Virus record (IMG/VR): IMGVR_UViG_3300009009_000011
Coordinates: 37,842 to 101,841 of that record
Source: a virus
Direction: 5' to 3' (one strand)
DNA length: 64,000 nt
Of this stretch, positions 18,425 to 26,952 are shown one piece after another; positions within the stretch are counted from its first letter, which is position 1, and the number at the start of each line of letters is the position of its first letter. Position numbers and translations under genes: made by a program. The notes below the pieces were generated by a model that worked only from the letters and a program-made list of their open reading frames with translations, was not told the origin of the DNA and ran no database searches.

Positions 18425-19284
18425 TGACAATAGCTAACATGCATGTTGCCTTTAAACTCTTGCTGGACAAATCGACTGGCTTAGAGTTTCCTGCTTTTGA
18501 ACCCGAAGAAATAGATCTTTGGTTAAATAAGGCACAACGGCAATTTGTTAAAAATAGGTTTCTTGGTACAGATAAGGGGATAGGTTTTGAACAAACTTCA
18601 AAACGTATTATGGACCTTTCTGTATTATTAACTGAAGATACGTTGGTTTATAGAAATGGTACAGACTTAGTTGTCGGTACAATAAAAGATAATTCATTTG
18701 TAGCAGATTTAAGTAGGTGCCCTACTACTGTATTTTTAATAGTAGGGGATGAAGTGCTTATTGCATATGCTGATTTACTTGATACATTAACTAGTGTTAC
18801 AACTGGTAATTTGGTTACTGGTAGTGCATATTATGTGCTTACTAGTACCATAACACACAATGGTACTGTATATTCAGCAGGGGAATATTTTGAAGCAGCT
18901 AATGCTAATTTTACCGGTTCAGGTACAGTTGCATTAGTTACTGCTAAAAAACAAGGTGTTACTAATTGCACTGCTAATAATTATAGGGCTCATATAGATG
19001 ATCCTTATAGTGAACACAGGCTACATTATGAAGAGGCAAAACCTCTGCGTTTGATATATCAAAGGTATGTTGAACTGGTTACTGATGGTAATTATGGTAT
19101 ATTAGAATATAGTATAAGATATTTGAGGGAACCTGCAGATGTTGCGGTTGGCACTCCCACACATTGTGAATTGCCAGCCCATACTCATGATGAGATAGTT
19201 GCCTTGGCTGCTAATATGGTCTTAGAGAATATAGAACAGCCTAGGTATAAATCTAACTTAAATGAGTTAAACAAAGTTGAATAA
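18424..19284 (+). CDS. tail ring / head-tail adaptor protein
   Basis: EEIDLWLNKAQ, GFEQTSKRIMDL, YLREP, CELPAHTHDEIV..A. Confidence 0.75.
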   Translation: MTIANMHVAFKLLLDKSTGLEFPAFEPEEIDLWLNKAQRQFVKNRFLGTDKGIGFEQTSKRIMDLSVLLTEDTLVYRNGTDLVVGTIKDNSFVADLSRCPTTVFLIVGDEVLIAYADLLDTLTSVTTGNLVTGSAYYVLTSTITHNGTVYSAGEYFEAANANFTGSGTVALVTAKKQGVTNCTANNYRAHIDDPYSEHRLHYEEAKPLRLIYQRYVELVTDGNYGILEYSIRYLREPADVAVGTPTHCELPAHTHDEIVALAANMVLENIEQPRYKSNLNELNKVE

Positions 19285-19302
19285 TTAAAAATTTATTTTA
19301 TT

Positions 19303-20370
19303 ATGCTAACAAGAGTAAATAAGGTATTAATCGGGAAGGATATTAACCGGGATGCAGCAATAGTTAATGGGGCTACCATTGCGACTATTATACAAACTGG
19401 AGTTCTGGCTGATGGTGAAGTAGTTGTTCTTGATAAGTATAAAAAAGTATTGGGTGCCGGCGCAACTTTTGCTGACTCCGATACCATTTATATTGCTCAA
19501 GGTACTAGTAAAACGTATGATTATACGAATGAAGCTGGTACTGCATTTGCAGCCTGTCGGGAGATGATTTTTTCTGATCCAATACAAGGTAAAAAGGTAA
19601 GGTCTTTTAAAGGGGATGCTTTTACAGTGAAAGCTGAGCAGACCGCTGTAGTAGATCTTACAGGACTCACTCCTATAGAAGGGACTGAGTATTTGATTCG
19701 TGTTATATATAAGGATATGGAAGAGTATCCTAGTCAATTTACACAGACTTATCGTTATATAGCAACTGCAGCTGATGCTGCTGATATTGATGTTTTTGGA
19801 GCAGCTATTGTTGCTAAAGTTAATGCTCATAGTGGTCGTAGAGTAAATGCTACATATGGTGCTGGTGGGGACACAATTACATTAACAGCTAGGGAAATCC
19901 CTAATTGTTGCACTGCACTTACAGATCTTGAGGAATTCAGGATGGTTCAATTTGAAGCTAGGTTTTTATATGTTGACTCAGACGGTAATTGGCAGATTAT
20001 ACCATCTACTGTTACTACAGTAACATATGCAGGCCCTACTCCAGGTTCAGGTAATTGGGAACAGGTTAGAGATCTTGAAAAAGCTGCTCAGCCGTATAGT
20101 GGTATTAGTAATTTTACACAGTTTCCTGTTATTACTCCAACCATGGCTACTACAGTGGATTCTTATTATGATCTTATTGTTATAGAACATGATCGGGAAT
20201 ATTTGTCTCCTGGTATTAATAGTTATCAGTCTACAAGTCTGACTACTGTTATAGCTTTAGCTACTGCTGTTAATGGTGTAAATGCTGGTACGCAGTCTCC
20301 AGATATAGTAGCTACCTTGAATACATGGATGGCTTCATGTCCTGGTCAGTTTGCTAATATTTCAATTTAA
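19303..20370 (+). CDS. auxiliary capsid protein (candidate)
   Basis: 355-aa beta-rich protein, GSGNWEQVRDLE; position after the ring gene as in crAss-like phages. Confidence 0.6.
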   Translation: MLTRVNKVLIGKDINRDAAIVNGATIATIIQTGVLADGEVVVLDKYKKVLGAGATFADSDTIYIAQGTSKTYDYTNEAGTAFAACREMIFSDPIQGKKVRSFKGDAFTVKAEQTAVVDLTGLTPIEGTEYLIRVIYKDMEEYPSQFTQTYRYIATAADAADIDVFGAAIVAKVNAHSGRRVNATYGAGGDTITLTAREIPNCCTALTDLEEFRMVQFEARFLYVDSDGNWQIIPSTVTTVTYAGPTPGSGNWEQVRDLEKAAQPYSGISNFTQFPVITPTMATTVDSYYDLIVIEHDREYLSPGINSYQSTSLTTVIALATAVNGVNAGTQSPDIVATLNTWMASCPGQFANISI

Positions 20371-20387
20371 TTAAGGAGGATATAAAC

Positions 20388-20807
20388 ATGGCAAATGATT
20401 TTTTAATTCAGAGAGTTGCGTTTGGTAATGTTACTTATGTAAGTACCGCTACCAATGCTACAAACAGTGTTACCGTTGATGGCGGGTATCTTCCTAAAGG
20501 TGCTATCGTTACAGGTATTAGACTTTTTCCTGGTGGTGCTATAACAAATGGCAGTAACTTTGAAAATGCTACATTTAATTTATATTGTGGTGGACAGGCT
20601 CTTGGCACAAATGATAGGAAAGCTTCCGAAGCATTCGTACAGACTGCTGCTGCAACTATGGCCGTAGCAGGCGGTATTGCTTACGTTTCAGTAGGTGGAC
20701 CGTTAGTTGTTTACTGGGCTTCTAGCACAAGTAAGAAGACTGGCATAGCTTTTGATTCAGATATATATGTAGAATATTTATATTGTGGTTCAAGAGATAC
20801 CGATTAA
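20388..20807 (+). CDS. small beta-rich structural protein (decoration-like)
   Basis: LPKGAIVTGI...IYVEY jelly-roll-type pattern; preceded by AAGGAGG. Confidence 0.55.
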   Translation: MANDFLIQRVAFGNVTYVSTATNATNSVTVDGGYLPKGAIVTGIRLFPGGAITNGSNFENATFNLYCGGQALGTNDRKASEAFVQTAAATMAVAGGIAYVSVGGPLVVYWASSTSKKTGIAFDSDIYVEYLYCGSRDTD

Positions 20808-20839
20808 TTGAGGTAATAACATTAATGCTCGTATAGATT

Positions 20840-20879
20840 AAGTAATAGGGGGTTGGGGTAACCCATCCCCCTTACTTTT
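20840..20879 (+). terminator. GNRA-capped hairpin, terminator or attenuator
   Basis: AAGTAA..GGGGG-T-TGGG-GTAA-CCCA-T-CCCCC-TTACTT-TT. Confidence 0.6.
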
Positions 20880-20890
20880 AAAATAAATGT

Positions 20891-21610
20891 ATGAAAGAAC
20901 CAAGAATAGTAGTTAATGAATCTGTAGGGAAACATAACTCAAATCTTGATGAGTCAATAAAAAGAATTGACAAATCTAAAATGTATAGGGATAATTCCAC
21001 GATTATAGTGTGTCCTACAAGGGGTATGTTCCCCACAATGGTTGTCCAGTCTTGGATGAAATTAATGAGACCAATGAACCAAACAGTTGCTGGACCAATT
21101 TTTGCAGAGTCTATGAAAGTAGATGTAGCATATGAAAGTTTGTTTGAGTATATATTAAGCAATGAATATTTAAGTAAATTTAAATATGTACTCACAATTG
21201 AAGAAGACAATTTACCCCCGCCTGATGGTTTATTGAAACTATATGAAAGTATGGATGAATATGACGTTGTAGGTGGTCTATATTGGGGTAAAGGTGATAA
21301 TGGGTTTCCAATGATATTTGGTGATCCAAAAGATTCTACTGATTTTAAACCAGCAACACCCGTTGCTAATTCGTTACAGCAAGCCAATGCTTTAGGTATG
21401 GGGTTTAACTTATTTAAATTAGATATGTTTAGAAAAGTACCTAAACCTTGGTTTAAGACTGTTGAGGGTAAAGATGAAAATGGTAATATGTCTGGTATAA
21501 CACAGGATGTTTATTTTTATCAAAAAGCTGCTAAAGAAGGTTATAAATTTGCATGTGACACTTCTATATTAGTGGGCCACTATGATAATAAAACGGATGT
21601 TGTTTATTAA
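20891..21610 (+). CDS. GT-A fold glycosyltransferase
   Basis: IIVCPTRG, YVLTIEEDNLPP (DXD position), DVVGGLY, GMGFNL, TQDVYF, ACDTSILVGH. Confidence 0.8.
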   Translation: MKEPRIVVNESVGKHNSNLDESIKRIDKSKMYRDNSTIIVCPTRGMFPTMVVQSWMKLMRPMNQTVAGPIFAESMKVDVAYESLFEYILSNEYLSKFKYVLTIEEDNLPPPDGLLKLYESMDEYDVVGGLYWGKGDNGFPMIFGDPKDSTDFKPATPVANSLQQANALGMGFNLFKLDMFRKVPKPWFKTVEGKDENGNMSGITQDVYFYQKAAKEGYKFACDTSILVGHYDNKTDVVY

Positions 21611-21622
21611 AATACAGTAGAT

Positions 21623-22213
21623 ATGATAAATGAATTAAAGCTTGATTTGGCTTGCGGGGATAATAAAAAAGAAGGTTTTAAAGGTATAGATATAGCAAAT
21701 TTGCCGGAAGTAGATTATGTAGTAGATTTGCAAGTTTATCCCTGGCCTATAGAATCTAATAGTGTAGAAGAAATACATTGTGGTCATTATATTGAGCATA
21801 TTCCTCATGTTAATATAAAAGGGGTTTTAAAAGAGTCAAATTCTTTTGAAGAGTTTAAGGAAAAGTTACTTCAGTCTAAAGACGGTCTCATAGAATTTTT
21901 TAATGAAGTATATAGAATATTAAAACCTGGTGGTAAGGCAACAATGGTTGCGCCTTATTATACATCTGAAAGGGCTTATGGTGATCCAACCCATGTAAGA
22001 TCCATAAATGATTTTATGTGTTATTATTTAACAAAAGATTGGGTTAAAGTAAATAAATTAGAACATTACGGTATAGAGTGTGATTTTGATGTTAAGTTGT
22101 CTTATTTTATAACTAATGAAATGACATTAAAATCTGAAGAAATTAGGATGAAAGCATTTCAACATGATTGGAATGTAATAATGGATATTATAATAGAATT
22201 AACAAAGAAATAG
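21623..22213 (+). CDS. class I SAM-dependent methyltransferase
   Basis: KLDLACG, GIDI, WPIESNSV..I...HYIEHI, EVYRILKPGG, DPTH. Confidence 0.88.
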   Translation: MINELKLDLACGDNKKEGFKGIDIANLPEVDYVVDLQVYPWPIESNSVEEIHCGHYIEHIPHVNIKGVLKESNSFEEFKEKLLQSKDGLIEFFNEVYRILKPGGKATMVAPYYTSERAYGDPTHVRSINDFMCYYLTKDWVKVNKLEHYGIECDFDVKLSYFITNEMTLKSEEIRMKAFQHDWNVIMDIIIELTKK

Positions 22214-23994
22214 TGATCCCAACCTTTGGCGACATAGTAATACCAAAAGTACCTGTTAAAAAGAGGTTTGTACCTACTGAGCATGATAATGCTGCTCATA
22301 GTGAAGTGTATGTGACCTCTACTACTTATACACCTGCTACTACTACTGCATTAGGTGCTGTTATAGTTCCTGTTGCAGGTAATTTAGATGTAGATGTAAG
22401 TGGTAATATATCAGTACCGTTAGCTACTACAACTACTGTTGGTGTTGTAAAGATACCAACTTCTGGTAATTTAACCATTGATGGTTCAGGTAATGTTAGT
22501 GTTCCTACAACTTCTGCTGGTACCCTTGGCGTATTAAAATTAGGAGTTGGTCTTACAGATGTTGGTGGGGGTGTTATTAATGTTACAGGGGGGACTCCTG
22601 GTATACATAATTTAGTAGATACTGTTAATCATCCTGTTACGGGATTAACTATTGGTCATTATTTAAAAGCGACTGGGGCAACTACTTATGAGTTTGCAGA
22701 TTTACCATCCCCAAGTGCAATGGGGGCAATAGCTGATCCAGGCACCTCTGTTGATTATGATATTTTAATATGGAACGGTGCAACAGGTGATGCAGTATAT
22801 GGTGAAAGTAAAGTATCTATAAATCCAGGCACTGGATTATTAATGTCAGACAATGATATAATTGCATATGGTTCTGGTGGCGGTGGTGCAGGTGGTTGGA
22901 CATTTAGATATTCATTAGTATCAGATGGTTCTTTTAATGTAAACCTTGTTAATGATAGTGCTGCTCCTGGTCCGAGTAAAGTATATGGTACAGATGGGGC
23001 TGGTACAAGGGGTTGGATTACAGCTCCTACTACTATGACTTACCCAGGTGCAGGTATTGCTTTATCAACTGGTTCTGCCTGGGGTACATCAATAACTAAT
23101 AATTCAGCTAATTGGAATACAGCGTATGGATGGGGTAATCATGCTTCGGCCGGTTACTATGTTGGGACCAACTCAACAATAAGAGGTTTGTTTTCTTCTT
23201 CAGCTACAGGGCTTACCTACACAAACTCCACTGGAATATTTTCTCTTTCATCGGGTTATGTTATCCCGACAACCACTGAGCAGAGCAACTGGAATACAGC
23301 CTATGGCTGGGGCAATCATGGTTCTGTTGGTTATGCTGTAAAAGCTACTGATGAAACAATAACTGGTACTTGGATATTTACTGGTGCAGATGCTTATGGA
23401 GGTGGATTTTTAGCTGCTAAATTTGATGATGGTGATTTATGGTTAACAAATGGAATATGGATTAGTTTTGGTACAGATGTAGATTCTTATATTAATTGGT
23501 CTGGTGATCAATATTTTAGATTAAGTATTCAATCATATGCAGTAGACACTGCTATATTATTTGAAGGTAAAGATGCTGGTGGTACATTACGAACATTAGC
23601 TATGTTTAAACCAAGATCAGGATGTGAATTATATTATACTGGTACTAAAAGATTTGAAACAAATAATTATGGTGCTACTGTAGTTGGACAATTATACTTA
23701 ACTGATTCAAGTTCTACTATAGAAAAAGGTTCAACTGGAGCATTAAAACAAGTAACTGCTTATGGTTATGTTGAAATTGGTGCTCAAAATTCAAGTTATT
23801 GTCATTTTGAGACAGATAGATCTGCTTATTATTTTGATCATAACTTAGTTATAAATGAGGGTATTATTTCATCTTATGATGAAGATTTTATTTTAAAACG
23901 TGCTGGCACTACTAAATTAACTTTTACTACAACATCTGCTACATTTGAACAAACAGTATATTCAAAAGGAGATGTAATAGCTTATTCAACTTAA
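22213..23994 (+). CDS. tail fibre protein
   Basis: ATxxxLGxV repeats, NWNTAYGWGNH twice, ends KGDVIAYST. GTG start overlaps the upstream TAG (TAGTG) and is in frame with track ORF 22168. Confidence 0.8.
   Translation: MIPTFGDIVIPKVPVKKRFVPTEHDNAAHSEVYVTSTTYTPATTTALGAVIVPVAGNLDVDVSGNISVPLATTTTVGVVKIPTSGNLTIDGSGNVSVPTTSAGTLGVLKLGVGLTDVGGGVINVTGGTPGIHNLVDTVNHPVTGLTIGHYLKATGATTYEFADLPSPSAMGAIADPGTSVDYDILIWNGATGDAVYGESKVSINPGTGLLMSDNDIIAYGSGGGGAGGWTFRYSLVSDGSFNVNLVNDSAAPGPSKVYGTDGAGTRGWITAPTTMTYPGAGIALSTGSAWGTSITNNSANWNTAYGWGNHASAGYYVGTNSTIRGLFSSSATGLTYTNSTGIFSLSSGYVIPTTTEQSNWNTAYGWGNHGSVGYAVKATDETITGTWIFTGADAYGGGFLAAKFDDGDLWLTNGIWISFGTDVDSYINWSGDQYFRLSIQSYAVDTAILFEGKDAGGTLRTLAMFKPRSGCELYYTGTKRFETNNYGATVVGQLYLTDSSSTIEKGSTGALKQVTAYGYVEIGAQNSSYCHFETDRSAYYFDHNLVINEGIISSYDEDFILKRAGTTKLTFTTTSATFEQTVYSKGDVIAYST
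23110..23319 (+). repeat. direct repeat encoding NWNTAYGWGNH (2 copies, 177-nt period)
   Basis: Copies at 23110-23142 and 23287-23319. Confidence 0.85.
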
Positions 23995-23997
23995 TAT

Positions 23998-24501
23998 ATG
24001 GCACTAGGAACAAAACAATCTGGTATATATAAAATAGAATCAAAACATAAAAAAGAAAGATTTTATATAGGCAGTGCATCTAGAATTGATACTAGATGGA
24101 ATTTACATTTACATGATCTTAGGTGTAATAAACATGGAAATCAAAAATTACAAAATCATTATAATAAATATGGGGAGTCTGATTTATTGTTTTCTATATT
24201 ATTAATTTGTGATAAGGAAGATTTAATTAAAATCGAGCAATATTTTATTGATTTTTATAATCCGTGGTTTAATATATGTAAAATTGCTGGTAGTTCTTTA
24301 GGTATAAAAAGATCAGAGACTACCAAAGAAAAAGTTAGACAAGCAAATTTAGGCAAGAAACAATCAAGAGAAACTGTCGAAAAAAGATTGAGGTCTAGAG
24401 GAGATGTTTGGAACAAAGGTTTAACTAAAGAAGATCCACGGGTTGCTAGATCTGTTAGAAATTTTCATGGAGTGAGAAAAGAATTAAGGAAAGGAAAATA
24501 A
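23998..24501 (+). CDS. free-standing GIY-YIG homing endonuclease with NUMOD-type tail
   Basis: SGIYKI...FYIGSA, RW..H, LQ..YNKYG, EQYFID, FNICKIAGS, SETTKEK, WNKGLTK. Confidence 0.9.
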   Translation: MALGTKQSGIYKIESKHKKERFYIGSASRIDTRWNLHLHDLRCNKHGNQKLQNHYNKYGESDLLFSILLICDKEDLIKIEQYFIDFYNPWFNICKIAGSSLGIKRSETTKEKVRQANLGKKQSRETVEKRLRSRGDVWNKGLTKEDPRVARSVRNFHGVRKELRKGK

Positions 24502-25965
24502 GTGGCATTAGGTACTTCAAATATTAGTTTAGGTTCAGTAAAATCTGAAATAGGTGAGAGTACTTATAGTCTTTTTGATATAGGTACATCTACTTTAATA
24601 AATAAATGGTCAAAGTATAAACCAATACGAGATGCTGGTGCAGGTACTAATTGGCCTACTGGTATTAATAATTTATATGGGTTAGATTTACCTGTTTGGG
24701 ATAATACAAGTGATAGATTTGAAGATGATAATGGAGATTTAAGTGATGATTGGGATTATTTACATCCTCGTGGCGGTAGTCCTGGGGGGACTCCTGATGA
24801 ACCAGCAAGGTTAGGAGATTTTAGGGGATATGAACACGATGATTCTTTAACCTGGCCACCGATGTATTGTAAAACTGACGATCAAGATGAAAATACTCCA
24901 TTAAGTCCTGCACAACCTAGTGGTGGGTTTTCGTCTTGTACTGCTACAGGAAAGTTTAATGTTACTCCATCAAGTGTTAGAATAAAAGTTTCTGATTTAG
25001 GGTTAAGTAATTATTATTTTGGAGTTCTTGTAAAAACACCAGATAATGATTATTTTATAAAAACTAATTCAACAACAATTGGGAGTTCTAATGAAACTGT
25101 TGGTTTAGGCATTACTCCAAGTGTAACTTTAACTGATCCTACAGATCCAGAATCAACATATCAAAATTTACCTTATGGGGTTGGTAGTTATACTATGTAT
25201 TATTGTATATCTTCTACTAATTATACTACTTGGACAGAAGATCCAACTGCAACAATTTATTTAATGCCGTCTGGAAGTGTTACTGATTTAACATATAAAA
25301 ATTATTTTACTTTTATAGTAGAAGATTGGGTTTATACAGCTGATGGAAGTTTATATTGGACATATGATGATGATGCTTATGATGATTATGATGAGGCTAC
25401 TATATATATGTCTGAAGATGCTGAACCTTTTACAGTAGATTTAGATGGAAATACTTGGTTAGAATATGATGTATATGCTTCAGATGGTACTACTAAAATA
25501 ACAAGTACTCCAGCATTGTGGAGTAATGGGTGTAAATTAAGAATGTTTCCAATAAATGCAAATGGTGGACTAGTTAAAGAAGGTATTGTTTATGTAGATG
25601 GAACAAATTGTACACCATATCCTATAACAGTAACTCATCAAGCAGCTCCTGCGATAGTTACAGTTTATGCTGGTGATTCAGATGTACTTACAGTTTCATC
25701 AACTGATGGGCATGTTATTGGTGGGTTAAATATAGAATTTACACCTCATTATGTTCCAGATAATGATCCTCATTATGATGTTTGTTGGTATATTAAAGTT
25801 AATGATGGTGCTAAGGGTGAATATAGTTCTCTTACAACGGGATTAGCTTGTACTCAAGATACACATGAAAACATGCAATCTATTGGTTATGGTTCATTAA
25901 CTTGGAGTGATGGTGATACAGTGGATGTTTATTTATATTATGAAGAAGCACCAGCTGTACCATAA
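24502..25965 (+). CDS. putative fibre-tip adhesin / receptor-binding protein
   Basis: MALGTSNISL...INKWSKYKP...RLGDFRGY N-terminus, typical of genes following tail fibres; acidic, aromatic, beta-rich body; GTG start. Confidence 0.6.
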   Translation: MALGTSNISLGSVKSEIGESTYSLFDIGTSTLINKWSKYKPIRDAGAGTNWPTGINNLYGLDLPVWDNTSDRFEDDNGDLSDDWDYLHPRGGSPGGTPDEPARLGDFRGYEHDDSLTWPPMYCKTDDQDENTPLSPAQPSGGFSSCTATGKFNVTPSSVRIKVSDLGLSNYYFGVLVKTPDNDYFIKTNSTTIGSSNETVGLGITPSVTLTDPTDPESTYQNLPYGVGSYTMYYCISSTNYTTWTEDPTATIYLMPSGSVTDLTYKNYFTFIVEDWVYTADGSLYWTYDDDAYDDYDEATIYMSEDAEPFTVDLDGNTWLEYDVYASDGTTKITSTPALWSNGCKLRMFPINANGGLVKEGIVYVDGTNCTPYPITVTHQAAPAIVTVYAGDSDVLTVSSTDGHVIGGLNIEFTPHYVPDNDPHYDVCWYIKVNDGAKGEYSSLTTGLACTQDTHENMQSIGYGSLTWSDGDTVDVYLYYEEAPAVP

Positions 25966-25993
25966 ATTTTTTAACAATTAAATATAATATAAT

Positions 25994-26143
25994 ATGGAAT
26001 TTTTAATGGGATTTTTAGTAGGTGTTGTTCTTACTTTAGTAGTATTATTTGCTATTAAGAAAAAGAAAGATACAAAAGTTGTTCTTGATCCTAAACAATT
26101 TACACCAGGGCCTGAAAAAAGGCACAATATACCTGAAGTTTAG
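25994..26143 (+). CDS. small membrane protein (49 aa)
   Basis: Read by hand: MEFLMGFLVGVVLTLVVLFAIKKKKDTK... Confidence 0.6.
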   Translation: MEFLMGFLVGVVLTLVVLFAIKKKKDTKVVLDPKQFTPGPEKRHNIPEV

Positions 26144-26175
26144 GTTTAGGTAAAAAATATTAAACAACTTAAAAA

Positions 26176-26334
26176 ATGGAAAAGAGAATATTAAAGTTTA
26201 CAGATCAAGAGTTGAATATTTTATTATATAGTCTTCAAAAACAACCTTTTGAAACGGTTAATGGTTTGATACTAAATATAGTAGAACAACTCAAGGCAGA
26301 TAATGAAGTTAAAGTAGAAACTAAAACAGAATAA
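26176..26334 (+). CDS. small helical protein (52 aa), possible fibre chaperone
   Basis: Read by hand: MEKRILKFTDQELNILLYSLQKQPFETVNGLILNIVEQLK... Confidence 0.6.
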   Translation: MEKRILKFTDQELNILLYSLQKQPFETVNGLILNIVEQLKADNEVKVETKTE

Positions 26335-26337
26335 TAA

Positions 26338-26952
26338 ATGGCATTTGCTCCAACATTTACAATAGTAGAACAGGGGGATAACAAACTATTGACCATAACA
26401 GACTCTACTGGAACTGGTTCGGATGGTTGGGATGGCACCCCTGATGTTACACATATAAACGATAGTACTAATAATCTAACATTAGATATAACTATCACTT
26501 TATCAGATGGTACAGAAACAACGTATGATACTATCGATTTATATACATTAAATGGTGGTGGTTTTACCACTACAGAAGATTTAGTGTTTGAATTGGATTG
26601 TACAGATTTCACAGTTAGTGGTGTGGCTTTAGGAACTTCTAGTGATGAATTTCCTGACGGTGTTTATGATGTAACTTATGCATATCAGAAAGCTACTAAT
26701 AATTATCATACAGATTATAGTATACTTATAGACGGTCAGGTTAAGACAGATTTATATGAGTTGTTAAGGACTATACCAACTGAGTATGAATGTGATTATA
26801 ATCATGAGCGAGAGATATTAGATGTTATATTTATGAAAGGTTATTATGATGCTATGTTAGCTACAGCTGCGATTGGTAGAGATGAACAAGTAATAGAACA
26901 ATTAGGTGTATTAGAAGCATTAGTAGAAGATGGCAGCAACAATACTTGGTAA
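26338..26952 (+). CDS. tail hub protein A (candidate)
   Basis: LTITDSTG...FPDGVYDVTY beta domain plus helical C-terminus, about 200 aa. Confidence 0.5.
   Translation: MAFAPTFTIVEQGDNKLLTITDSTGTGSDGWDGTPDVTHINDSTNNLTLDITITLSDGTETTYDTIDLYTLNGGGFTTTEDLVFELDCTDFTVSGVALGTSSDEFPDGVYDVTYAYQKATNNYHTDYSILIDGQVKTDLYELLRTIPTEYECDYNHEREILDVIFMKGYYDAMLATAAIGRDEQVIEQLGVLEALVEDGSNNTW

Noticed and set aside
23995-24510. Group I intron around the GIY-YIG gene
   Set aside because: The ORF fills the whole interval, leaving no room for the intron core, and the downstream gene has its own start.
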